Below the pieces are notes generated by a model that did no database searches, was not told the DNA's origin, and saw only the letters and a list, made by a program, of their open reading frames with translations. This document shows, piece after piece, positions 13,311 to 25,302 of a DNA stretch of 64,000 nucleotides (position 1 is the first letter of the stretch; every line of letters starts with the position of its first letter). The stretch lies in assembly GCA_001662655.1 (NCBI GenBank), contig KV460229.1. One strand, 5' to 3'. The DNA is from Pseudogymnoascus verrucosus (taxonomy: Eukaryota). The position numbers and the translations under genes are program-made.

Positions 13311-13700
13311 CAGTAGAACCTCTGTTATAGCGATCGCCGATAATTCTTACATAGCGATTTTGAGGTCACGCAACCATTTTGTATGTGATTTTGAAGCCTT
13401 TACGATACTACGATATCGTTCTGTAATATGTAATAAAATCGTTATATTTTGTATGTGTAAAATCTCTGCAAGTCTTTAAGTACCACTTTAAGAGGTTAGA
13501 TACTAACGCTAGAGGCATATTAACATCACGTGTTTCCAGTATTAACATCACGTGTTTCCAGTATTAACGTCACGTGTTTCCAGTTATTTACATCACGTGT
13601 TTTCAGTTATTAACATCACGTGTTCCAGTATACCAACATTTCAATTATAACGATAAAAAAATCTGGTTTAAATCACATCGTTATAACAGGGGTTCTACTG
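13311..13700. mobile_element. MITE (Tc1/mariner-type CAGT termini, 390 bp) with internal 22-bp tandem array
   Basis: TIR CAGTAGAACC(T/C)CTGTTATA(G/A)CGAT at both ends. TA on the left flank, CA on the right flank. No coding capacity. Confidence 0.8.
13521..13631. repeat. Five ~22-bp units TAACATCACGTGTTTCCAGTAT
   Basis: Directly visible; each unit contains RTCACGTG. Confidence 0.92.
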
Positions 13701-14581
13701 CATATGTCGTATTTTATCTAGTAATTTAGGTTGTAATAAACATATAGAGTAAGTATCTTGCATATAAGTATCTTTTACATAAAAATTATACTATAAAGCT
13801 ACCTTCAACTCACAGTTGGGCCGAAACATGACCTTACAGTTCGCATATAAAATTATATAGGAGACAGTGAGAATCCAGTAGTAGGCACCGCTCCAAGTTT
13901 ATACCTTTTCCGTGGTGTGTGGGTTTTGATGTATGACCGCCTACTTTGGTGACACCGAGGTTACTACCGCATCCGCTGAGGCAATTCGTATACTCGAATC
14001 GATAGACCAGCGACTGCGTATTGAGTATCACCTGAGTAAAACAAATCTCAATCGTGCCAATGGGCAAGCGCAGAGTCCTCTTCTTGCATCTCGAGGGCTG
14101 ATCTTTGAGTAATAATCGGTGTAATGTTTTCGTGTGTCTTCCACAACTGTATGTCTCAGTTCAGCATCGGGCGGTGGCATCGCTGGCCTTGGCCTGGTTC
14201 TGTCGTCTCTGTAGATCTACGCAGGACAGGGGCAGCTGATATTACAGCCAAGACTTTGATAATGAAACGGTGCGGAGTTGGCCTTGTTTCTCGAGACCAT
14301 GTCTAAGATCGATCCTGTTGATAAATCTGCCTTGCGATAGAGTAAAGTGAGGGGAGGACCTGCGTCTTGGATATAAAAAGGGTTCGATTTCCCTCCTCTG
14401 CCAGACTACAATCCCAATCGTTTCTTCAACGTCCAACACAAACCTCAAGAACAAGGCACTCGAACCTTCGACTCAAGCCAATAACGTAAGCCTCCTCCAA
14501 CATCCTATATATCCAGTGCAACTACATAAGCCCCACATTTCAGCTACTGATATTATTCTACAGCCATCTCAATCCATTACA

Positions 14582-14866
14582 ATGGTTAACTTCTCCCCCC
14601 TCGTCCTCGCCGTTGCCATTTTGGCTACCTTGGTCAACGCTTGTGATACCGCCTGCAGCGTATCTAGCGACACCGCGGGTACTTGTCTATACTCCTGTTT
14701 TGATGTATGCAACTTTACGGCATCGCACAACCAAGGCAAATTTCTGGTAGGGCTCTCCGGCGCTGGATACGACTGCAAGCCCAATGGACCGAGTGGCGTA
14801 TCATGCAAGAAGACGGCTGCCTTTGGCAAATGTGGCTCGCACTACTGGCAGTGCGGGAAATGTTAG
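14582..14866 (+). CDS. Small secreted cysteine-rich protein (94 aa, 10 Cys), family unknown
   Basis: Signal peptide MVNFSPLVLAVAILATLVNA. TATAAAA near 14372, and a likely 5'UTR intron (GTAAGC near 14486 to CAG near 14563). Confidence 0.82.
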   Translation: MVNFSPLVLAVAILATLVNACDTACSVSSDTAGTCLYSCFDVCNFTASHNQGKFLVGLSGAGYDCKPNGPSGVSCKKTAAFGKCGSHYWQCGKC

Positions 14867-15642
14867 ATTGATATCTCGAGCGCCGGGTATGACTGCAGTC
14901 CAAGAATCGATTTTGTGGTGAGCGGATGAGAAAACTGGTGGCTTGGGCCCCTTTGGCTGGCATTACTATAGTAGGAATGCGGGAAATGCTAGGCTGGTAT
15001 CAACTGAAAACATATCCTGGACTTGGATTGAGACTCCTGAGTGCCAATTGAGGTAGCTTTCGATAGCGAATATTAAATGGTTCTGGTGGATATGGGACAT
15101 TGCATTTGAAGCAGTTGTGACATTTTATTTACACAAATGAATTATGTGCTCCTCAATCACTGAATCCAGATGGAGCTCACAACAGTAACTAATCCCAGTA
15201 CCTCTCCCTCATACCCCTAACGGCTACCTGCAGTGCCCGTGTAACTCTCTTCTTGGTCCTCTGTGTCGTTTTCCTCACCATGCCCCCATTCAAACAATTC
15301 TCTCCAAAGGATCATTGTTACCTGTACAAAAACGTCGTCGCGCACAAGAAATAGCATCCCAACAGCCAGAATGCACTGTTATATATGTGTCGGATCAAGG
15401 TTTCCAGGTTTCCTTTCGTCGGCAACCGTCTTCTTTTGGATCAGGTGAGATAGTCTTTTCAACGAGGTTTTTTTCATTGTAATACATTCCCACTACAGTA
15501 TTGACCACTGTTACAACGTAAAAGCTAATCACTAACAGCAAAGAAACAACGCAAACTGAGATGTGATGAGCATCCCCCAGTATCTAGCACTATCTATGCA
15601 ACTCCTCACCTCAAAATCCCAACTCCACCAGTCCCCAGCCAC

Positions 15643-17946
15643 TCACAACCTCTCCCCCCTCTCCTTCTTCAACCCCGCCGCCACACGCCTACTAATCACA
15701 TCACTAATCGCCAAATTCGTCACCATGGGATTAACCCCACTCGCCGACGGAAACACACTCGCATCCGCAACATACAGCCCCTTGGTCTCCCACACCCGTC
15801 CCTCCGGATCCACAACCCCCATCCCCTCCGTCGCGCTCATCCGACACGACCCCATCTGATGCGCGCTCCCGCACGACACCCCCGGCGGCGCATTCCCCAC
15901 CAGCTCAACCTTGCGTAGCCACTCCTTGAACTCCGGGTTAGCAGGCGAGCGCTCGGCAGAGGGATCGACGATAAAGGGCGGGGCGCCAGATAGATGGGGA
16001 TGGATCTCCGCGGCGCCGCCGACAAGGAGGATCTTCATCATCTCAAGGAGACCAATGAGGGTGTGTCTACGATCAAAGGCGGAGGGTGTGTACTCGACTC
16101 GTTTCGGGTTAGCGAGGATGCGTCCCGGATCGCGGTCGCGCGCGAAGCTGGCATAGGTATTCATATGGCGGTATTTGGCAGCGAGGAGCTTCCAGTCCGG
16201 GCCGGAGGTCCAGTTTATTTGGGAGAGGGAGAGGGTGGGGATCATGCATGTTGCTTCCATTTTGGCGCCGTGGCCGTGGCCATCGAGGTTCTCGAAGGAG
16301 GTGCAGACTGTGGTTAGGATTGCGCCTTCCCAGGGGCGCACGTCTTCGGGGAAGAAGGCCGAGACCATGTTGGCGGGGTGCATGTAGAGGTTTCGGCCGA
16401 TGTGGGGGTTCTGTGAGGTTAGTTGGGGGTTGGGTTAGGAGCGGGATACAATATACCTTTAGACCGCTATTCAAGAGCAGGACAGGAGAATTTAGGGATC
16501 CAGCGGAGACAATAACGCGTTGCGCCTTGACGACAACCTCTCTCTCCACGCCATCCTTCGTCCATACGCCCTTGACACCCACCGCGGTCTTATTCCCGCC
16601 CCGCGTCTCGAACAAGACTCGCTCAACCTGATACCCTTCCATAAACTGCGCCCCCGCCCTCGCCGCATCAGGTAACCAACACACATTCGGCCCCTGCTTC
16701 TCTGCCGCTCCACACCCCATCCCACAGCGCCCACACGAATGTTTGTGTCCCCCCGTATTCTGCGGCACCGCTTTTGCCTCATACCCCAACTTCCTCGCTC
16801 CCTCCAGCAGGACCTTATTACCATGGCTATGCTCGATATTCTCCGTGCTAACACCCATGCGATCACACACCCTATCCAGCGCGTCTTGGAACTCCGTGGT
16901 CTCGAACAGCGGTAATTTCCGGTCCCGAGACCACTCTTGACGGACGTATGACTGCGGCTGCAGCGACGCGGACCAGTTGATGGAGCCGCCACCGCCCCAG
17001 TTGGAGCCGGCGATGAAGGTGAGAGAAGCGTCATAGCTGGCATCAACGCCGCCGTTTTCGAAGAGGTTCGCGTATCCCGCTGCTTCATTCATGGGGAGGC
17101 GGTTAGGCGGGTGGTAGTATGCTTTATCGACGACGAGGACTGAGAATCCTGCCTCTGCGAGATTCTTCGCCGACACGCCTCCGCCGACACCTGAGCCAAC
17201 AATAACAACATCGAACTCGAGCGTCGCTGGCTCAGCGGCCGCTTCGAACTTCAAGAACTTATAGTCGAACGTTGGGCCAGGTTCGTAGCCCGTCGGCGTG
17301 GAGCTGTACCCCGTAAGAGTCGGGAACAACCTGGAAGTGCGCAGGTAGTTGATTTTTGCCAGCGATACGATGGAGCCATATAGCACGCGTATTGGCGACA
17401 GGTAATGCGTTCGCCAGCCCTTCAGCACCTCCGAACGCGCCTGCGCATCTAGCGTGTCCAATGTTCGAGTATAGCCCGTCAATAACAGCGCGCCTGGTCG
17501 CGTACTGCCAGTTCGTTAGCATGCGCCCATGTCCACTCTTCACTTATAACTCAAGGACCAACATACCCCAGCGCCGCCAATATAAATTTCAACCCCTTGA
17601 CCTGCTCCTCCGTCGCGTAACACACAAGCTGCCTCATCATCAAATCCTGGAACTCTGCGCTATCACTCGGCCGCTCCGCCAGATACGCATCCAGCGTCTC
17701 TGTATCCTTAGCCTGGGCGCTCGCGCCCGCCTGTGTGGAGAGAAACGCGTACTCCGCGTCGGAGACGGTGTAGTCGAGCGATCCCTCAGTGGCGGCGGAG
17801 GCGCGCACAATACGCGGGATGACGGCGTCCATTAGGGACATGAGAATAGCCCATTGTGCGTCGGTGAATGGGGTGCCGTTTGGGCTTGGAGGGAGGGGTG
17901 TAGCCAGGGGGGCTAACGCGGCGATAGGGCTGGATGGGGCGCTCAT
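15643..17946 (-). CDS. Long-chain fatty alcohol oxidase/dehydrogenase (GMC oxidoreductase), multi-exon
   Basis: VIVGSGVGGG FAD motif, GSNWGGGGSINW, CGRCGMGC, SAGSLNSP, SAHQMGSCRM and ADASVFPSASGVNPMVT. Introns near 17500-17565 and 16412-16457. Confidence 0.92.
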
Positions 17947-18439
17947 GGTCGATATGGACAGAGCAGTGTCGTATGTCGTGGTATAGCTTAGATTGGCATT
18001 TCTGGGTAAATTGTGCCACTGAATTGAGTTGAGGCGAGCTACTATAGTATATAGCTTGATTGCCGTGAATCTAGGGATGTGGAACAAATTTATGGGGGTC
18101 AGTGCGGGAGGCGGGGAACGCGTAGAGCCGAGGACGCGGGGTAGTGGACCCTCATGAACGCGGGGAACCTAGCAGTCTGGCTTGTGAAGGCGCGAAGGTT
18201 GTTTGTGAGATGAGGATTGATGCTGTTGAGAACATATAGATTCTCTTTGTGGCTGTTGGGATTTTTTGAGCTCAAAAAAGACGCACAGGCACACTTAGAT
18301 CTGTCTTGGCGTCCCTTGCTGCTGTTGTTTACCATGTCGTAGCAACGGAGCGAAGTGACGCTCACCGGACAACGTCAAGCGTAAACTCACTTTACTGCTG
18401 TGTAGTCTCATTAATCTCAGTATAATTCCTAGCCTCTAA

Positions 18440-18940
18440 TCATTCCCAGTCTTTTTTAGTGCCGACCCCTGACTCATGATTCACATCAAGCCACTTCGGT
18501 AATATCACCCCTAAATCCGGCTTCCGCACAGGCTTCGACAAATAACCATCAAACCCCCGTGTAAGGAATGATTCCCGATCCTCCTTCATCGCGTGTGCCG
18601 TCAAAGCCATTATAGGAATATCAAGTCCCATCTCGCGAATCAATTTTGTAGCCTCCACCCCGCCCATAATCGGCATGGAGATATCCATCAGAATGAGGCT
18701 ATAGGCCGACGGTGCCGCCTTAACCATATCAACCCCTTCCTTCCCATTCACAGCGACATCGACACTCGTAAGCCCGAAACAACTTAATGTCCTCAATATT
18801 AGTCTCTGGTTGACGGCGTTATCCTCCACTAGGAGGATCTTCTTTGCTAGCGCTGCATCGCTCAGTTGTACGTATGGTTGTAGTTCGAGTGACGGCGGCG
18901 GTCGTGCCGTGGGTTCTTCTATGGTCTTGGCCGGTTCCAT
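18440..18940 (-). CDS. Stand-alone response-regulator receiver (REC) domain, hybrid-histidine-kinase type
   Basis: ILLVEDN, LILMDISMP (phospho-Asp), ALTAHAM and YLSKP motifs. Confidence 0.8.
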   Translation of the reverse strand: MEPAKTIEEPTARPPPSLELQPYVQLSDAALAKKILLVEDNAVNQRLILRTLSCFGLTSVDVAVNGKEGVDMVKAAPSAYSLILMDISMPIMGGVEATKLIREMGLDIPIMALTAHAMKEDRESFLTRGFDGYLSKPVRKPDLGVILPKWLDVNHESGVGTKKDWE

Positions 18941-19321
18941 CGTGAACTTGCACGTACTACCCTTCTCCTTGTTGGGACAGAATCTAATCTCGTGGTGCGC
19001 AGGGGGGTACAGAAGGAGACGTTTTCAGTCGTGACAATGCGGAAGGATCCCTGTTCGGTGAGTTAACCGCGTTGCCGAAGGTGAACTCGAGAGAGGACGG
19101 GAGGGGAGGAATGCCGGGGTGGATTGCGATGGTGGTTGGAGGGGATTGTAGTGGTCTGGTCGACGACGAGACGCTAATATTCCCGCCCCAAAGCGGGGGA
19201 TAAGCGGGGTGGAGCTAATTAACATCGCTGCGATAAAGTACAGTGCATCTAACAGCGATCAGTACTCCTTTCAACTCCTTTCAAACCAATATATACGACG
19301 TCGACTACGAGAGTTATCACA

Positions 19322-19744
19322 ATGCCATACTTAGCACACATCTCCCTCATTGTGCGCGACTACGATGAAGCCATTGCCTTCTACTCCCGGTTGGGATTTA
19401 CAGTTGTGGAAGACACCTTCATCCCAGAGCAGCAGAAGAGATGGGTTCTCATCCAGCCACCGCTCCCCGAGTCCCAGTCAGGCACCTCATCAATAGCCGC
19501 GTCGCAGGGTCCAACTATTCTCCTCGCCCGCGCAAGCAACGCAGAGCAAGAGGCCTTTATAGGAAACCAGGCTGGAGGACGGGTGTTTCTATTCCTTGCA
19601 ACGGATGATTTTGACAGGGACTATCAGCGGTTTTCCGACGCAGGCGTGGAGTGGGTACGACCACCGAAGATAGAGACATATGGGAAAGTGGCAGTGTGGA
19701 AGGATTTGTATGGCAATTTGTGGGACTTGATTCAGCACTATTAA
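19322..19744 (+). CDS. VOC/glyoxalase-bleomycin-resistance family protein (bacterial-like, intronless)
   Basis: HISLIVRDYDEAIAFY, GNQAGGRVFLFL and YGKVAVWKDLYGNLWDLIQ are typical of VOC proteins. Confidence 0.9.
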   Translation: MPYLAHISLIVRDYDEAIAFYSRLGFTVVEDTFIPEQQKRWVLIQPPLPESQSGTSSIAASQGPTILLARASNAEQEAFIGNQAGGRVFLFLATDDFDRDYQRFSDAGVEWVRPPKIETYGKVAVWKDLYGNLWDLIQHY

Positions 19745-20344
19745 CGGGTTTTTGATGGAGTTCTGGTACAAAATATCCTTGCTTTCCGTAATTAAGGGAA
19801 TGTAGCTTCTACAGTTGCGTTAGTTTCGAAATAGTGCTGACTGTACTCGCTGGGACCACCAACGTCGCTCCTCCGCTCGTAAATCGTGACCTATAGCAAT
19901 ATTCCCGCCGTAGATTTCTCCTAAAAACTAATATGAGCTGTAGAAATTGAAGTATATTTTCCAATTGATCCATATATGAAGTCAATTAGATTGAGTACAG
20001 TCGTCAAAAACCCGCCCCTCAGCTATATTTAGAGATAAGTTACTCGCAGGGTGCCCAATACATATGCCTAATTCTCCACTGTGGCTTTCGATGTAGCCTG
20101 CCTTATAGGTAATGTACGGAGTGTGATAGGGCTGATTGTCCGAGGAGGAGATTACACAATATAAGACATGCCAAGAGTTTTATCACTAAAATTAGCTGTC
20201 AGCCCTCACGTAAGATTCAGTCGTACAAAACATGGGGTAAGTCACAAACGAACTTCCAGCATACTTTATCTCACTGAATGAGACGTAGGGCAGACAGAGC
20301 AGCGTCTTTCGATCTGCAGTGCGACTACCTAGTCTTCATTCACG

Positions 20345-22365
20345 ATGCAGAACTCTACATGGGTCGCCAGCTCCGTCGTGGAGAACCTCATTGAGCTGCA
20401 GCATCTCCCAAGACATGTAACGGCGGCACGGGTCATCATAGTCGTCGCATTCCTGGGTCTGGTGCGACTGAAGGTCACAAACCTATCTCTCGCCATCCCA
20501 GCCGTTCTTCTAGCCGCCTACCACGAACGGGCGCTGTATCAGAAAGATGGCATCTCAACCGTCAAATATTCGGTCCTTGGTGTGCTGGTTCCATGGCTTC
20601 TCACCTTCGGCTACAGATTTGTAGCGATGCGCCGTAGATGCAGACAATTGGTAGTCTGACCTCGCCATCAGAAGTTCACAAGCTAACTGATACAGCCTAG
20701 CGTGCCTCACAGCTTTGTCCTTGGCCATGTCCCTACAATGGCTAAAGAAACGATGAAGTTTCCGGGAGACGTCCATGATCATGTTATCATGACCCACATT
20801 GCTGATACGTACGATCTGCGGAAGCATGGGCTATTCTTCATTGATTCGTACCCGATCATGAGCGAGCCGTTGATGGTCATCCTCTCGCCAGATGTTTCGG
20901 CACAGGTTCTACAGAACCAGGGTGAACAGTTTCCCAAGCACCCTGTGCTAAATGAGAGCTTTGGGAGGGCTATTGGCCCAAAGGGGATGGTTGGCCAGGA
21001 AGGCGAGCAGTGGAAGGAGCTGCGGACGATGTTCAACCCTGGGTTCTCACAGGCAAATCTCCTATCGATGGTACCTATGATGGTTGAGGAAACAACCATC
21101 TTCGTCAGCAGACTATCTAAGCTTGCAGCCGGCGATGGATTCATCGAGAATACGGATTCCCTAGCAGCCGCCGTCACGGTTGATATTATTGGCCAAGCTC
21201 TCTTGGGCGTCCAATTCAACGCCCAGACGACGTCGAACGATTTGGTCACGAGTGTTGTCCGAGCTAGCCATCTCGTGAAGACTTTCACAAACTTCGATAT
21301 TAGGAAGCTGAATGCCTGGAGATATCTCAAACTAAGATACTATGAAGCCATTTCAAATACTAAAATCACGGAGATCCTTTCGGCGAGATGGACTGAACTT
21401 GCTACAGCACCGGAAAAGGCATCTTCTTCGGGTGCCATCTTTGATATCGCCATGGCCAAGTATATGAAGAGAGGGGGGAGTCTTCAAACTGGTGTGACGA
21501 AAGACTTCTTGGAGCTGATGCGAGACAAGTACAGATATATCCAAGCGCTTGCGTAGAGCTCAGCTAACGTCGTAGTGTTAAAACATTCATATTTGCCGGT
21601 CATGATACGACATCCACCATCATTACCGTTAGTATTGTCCACAGTTTCTTAGGAGTTAGCTAATAGATCACTTCAGTATGCCCTCTGGGAGCTCTCACGC
21701 CACCCCAAAAGCCTCCGCAAAGCCCGCGAAGAGCACGACGCAGTCCTCGGCTCCGATCCGAACGAAGCCGGAGAGCGAATTACAGAGGACCCAAGACTAG
21801 CCAACGCGCTCCCATATACAACAGCTATCGTCAAAGAGACCCTGAGATTGTGGACCCCGGCGGGGTCTGTCCGAATATCGCCAAGAGAAGGGTTTGTCCA
21901 CCCCGATCACGGCGACAAGCCGATGCTAACGATTACAGAACTACGGTCGTAGGACTGGACGGCGTAACATACCCAGCAGACAACTGTATGATATGGTCCG
22001 CGAACAACTGCACGATGAAAGACGCCAACATCTTCCCCTCGCCGTATGAGTTTATCCCTGAACGCCATATCCCCGACCAAACCCCATTTGGCCCCATCCA
22101 TAAGAATGCGTATCGCCCGTTTGAGAAAGGTCCGAGAGATTGTCTCGGCCAGGAGCTGGCGATGCTGGAAACGCGTATTGTGCTTGCCCTGACCTTGCGT
22201 AAATTCGATTTCAAAGAGGCGTATGATGAGTTGGATCGCAGGCTCGGGAGGACTCCGAAGGAGTTTCCGGTGTTGGAGAAGGTTGGTGGGAGGGCGTATC
22301 AGGTTTTGTTTACGGCGGCGAAGGGGAAGGATGGCATCCCGATGTGGGTTTCGGAGAGGAAGTGA
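20345..22365 (+). CDS. Cytochrome P450 monooxygenase, multi-exon
   Basis: PHSFVLGH, WKELRTMFNPGFS, TFIFAGHDTTS, KETLRL, PERH and FEKGPRDCLG motifs. About four introns. Confidence 0.9.
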
Positions 22366-22970
22366 TGAGTGCTGAGGGTCATCTCATGAGCTGGGTTATC
22401 TGTTATTGTTCGATTCTGCGTTAGCGAACAGTCAAGACATGGCTTTGGAGGATGTTATGGAACTTCGGTCCTGCCACGGTGATATCTGCCGAGAGGGGAC
22501 GTGCGGGATGTAGCTGTGCTGCTTTGGAAGGCGACGGGGGGGTGTTTATACGTCTATATACACACGGATATTTGCATTCTAACTCTATATGGTCGAACTC
22601 CCCATGGGCATGTCAACGTCGCAATACTTGATCTCCATATTAGGAGCGCATTTGCGTTATTTTCCACGTTGTTCGCTATAATCCGCGTAATCCCAGTCGT
22701 CTTGGCGTCTGGATCAGAGGATACGACGCGCTCGACGCTTACCCCCCACCCACCTGCCTCTCTCAACAAATCTGGCCCTGTTTAGCGGCAGTTGCGCCAA
22801 GGTACCAAGCTGACCGGTGCACTTATTTTCTTCGGGTATATTGATATAATCGGCCGATAGGATGATTGTACTTTTATACTATCTTAGCAGGAACTAGAAT
22901 TATGTTCTATAAGTCCGTTTGAAGGAAGATTGATCGTTGATCGTTTTCGTGGACAAATTTAGGCAACGTC

Positions 22971-23113
22971 TTATCAGATCCTTACGTGACGACCACGTTG
23001 TGGCTGCCAAGCTACTAAAAGTAGGGCAAATCTTATCAGATGCGTAGATAATGATTATTATTGGCTATAGTTGGCTGCCAAGACCCCTAAAAGCGGGGTT
23101 ACTCTTATCAGAT
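22971..23113 (-). promoter_or_regulatory. Three ATCTGATAA extended GATA sites (SreA-type iron-repressor consensus ATCWGATAA)
   Basis: TTATCAGAT at 22971-22979, 23033-23041 and 23105-23113, upstream of the MFS gene. Confidence 0.65.
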
Positions 23114-23439
23114 GACAATTTTATGGGTTTAACGGTCTCGGCATTTCTCACTTCCCACTTTCACGACATAAATCAATGGGAAGACCCGTAAAGGATCCGT
23201 TTTGAAGGTGGATAAACCCGAGATTCGACGTAATAATCGAAACAATAGCCAGGAAAATTTAGATCTATCGTTCCGATGTCGTCCGTCTTTCTTAGAACCC
23301 GAGTGCTGGGGCGGGAAGTATTTAGATCTGATTAGATCTTCTCTATTTTATCTTCATCACCTACATACCTACCCCTCCATCTCTGCTTCACCTAACCCTC
23401 CATTCCCGCTCCATTGGGTGTCTATTCGGCCTTGACATT

Positions 23440-25216
23440 ATGGCGAAGCTAATACCCGCGGATGCGGTGTCGGGAGATCACACACCCGAGTCTCCGGACA
23501 CGAAGGAAGTTGTCTCTCTCTCTGATGCGGAGAGTCCACGCCCGGCGTCTACCCGTGGCCAGGTGCCATTGAGCTTTAAGATTATTTCGGTTGCTCTCGT
23601 AGCTGGAATTGGCTTTGGGTCAAGTTGGAGTAGTGGAGTGACTGGAGCTATGAAGTCGACATTAAAAAAGGTGAGTTCAATACCCGGCAAAATAAATGGC
23701 CGCCTTGACTGACTTTGCCGACAGGAACTCAAAATCAACAACACTCAATTCGCACTTCTGGAATCGAGTGAGGATTTCATAAAAGTACTTCTCATTCTCA
23801 TATCTGGTATGATCACGGATCGGATTGGTGGTGCAAGCGCAATCCTGTACGGCAATGTCATCTACACTATCGGGTCAATCTTTGTTGCGGCAGCCACTAC
23901 CGTCCGGAACTATCCACTCATGATATTCGGGAGAGTGGTTCTAGCATTTGGTGATGTTGCTACCCAGACTGCACAGTACAAGATCTTTTCCAGCTGGTTC
24001 CCTCCGAACAATGGATTTGCCAGTACGCTTGGGTTTGAATTGGCTATTGGGAAGATTGGAGGGTTTGTTGGAAAGTCGACAGCGAACATCATCTCGAAGG
24101 TATGTACCAAGGATTGCAAGCAAATCACTTGACTTTACTAATTCAAACCAGAATCTTGGTGATTTCTCATGGGTTTTCTGGATCGCTTTATTCATGAACA
24201 TCTTCACGAATCTCATCACCTTAGCATTCTTCTTCTTCACAAAATACGCCAACAAGAAATTTGCCAACATCAGAGACCCATCCACCGGCGAAGAACTGAC
24301 AGAGAAGAACAAGAAGTTCGAGGTCAAGAAAGTCCTAGAGATGCCATGGGTTTTCTGGGCCGTCCTCGCATTTTCGCTGCTGGAGACGAGTACAGCGCTT
24401 GTTTTCACGCAGAATGCCACCGAACTCGCCGAACATCGCTTCAATACCGACAGCATTACTGCTGGATGGTACACTTCCGTCTTACAATATGCTGGTTTCT
24501 TCGTCGTGCCTCTAATTGGGATATTTATTGATCTTTTCGGAAATCGGATCTCACTCAGTAAGTTTTCTCAACGATATTTCGTTAAGTGGCAATTTGCTAA
24601 CCCCTATTTCTCAGTGGCCTTCTGTGGAATCGGAGTCTTCGTTTCAATGGCCCTGGTAAACTGGGCAAACTCCACAAAGGGGACGGCAGCAGCCTTCGGA
24701 ATCTACGCATTTGCCTATTCATTCGGCCCTACTGTGATCATCGACAGCATCCGCACCTCGATGTGGCACCAGGAAGTCTTTGGATCAGCGTACTCCATGA
24801 AAATCATGATGAATAATTCGTAAGGTCTCCCCTCTCTTCTCACCGAATCATGCTAACGAAATATCAGAATGAACATCATCGTCAACCTTATCACCGGCCG
24901 TATCCAAGATGCAGATAACGACAGTTACGACAGAGTCGTCATCGTTTATGTGGCCCTTGCGGCGGGATCTGTAGTCGTCTCCATCGGCTTGATTGTTCTG
25001 TCTTCGATATCTATTGATCTCAGACGTCTGCAATGGACCCGGAAGCAGAGACTGAGGAATGGACATCTGATTATTGAGAGGAAGGAGAGGTTCCTTGGAG
25101 AAAATGGGGCGAAGAACAGGAAAATCAGTTTGTGTTGTTTTGGAGCGTTGTGTGCTCTGTCACTTGGGAGTTGGGTTGCTTATATTTGGGGCGCGGCGAC
25201 TGGGAATAATTATTAA
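23440..25216 (+). CDS. MFS transporter (MFSD1-like), multi-exon
   Basis: Multiple TM helices, G..TDRIG and G.FIDLFGNR motif-A variants, four canonical introns. Confidence 0.85.
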
Positions 25217-25302
25217 TGACAGGCATAAAGTAGGGGGCGTAGTAACCGGGCACTGGATGCTCGAGATCTATACGTCATCTACATTATCACGGCCTTATTT
25301 AT

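Noticed and set aside
13521..13631. CRISPR-like array
   Set aside because: The units are head-to-tail with no unique spacers, lie in a eukaryotic MITE, and no cas genes are present.
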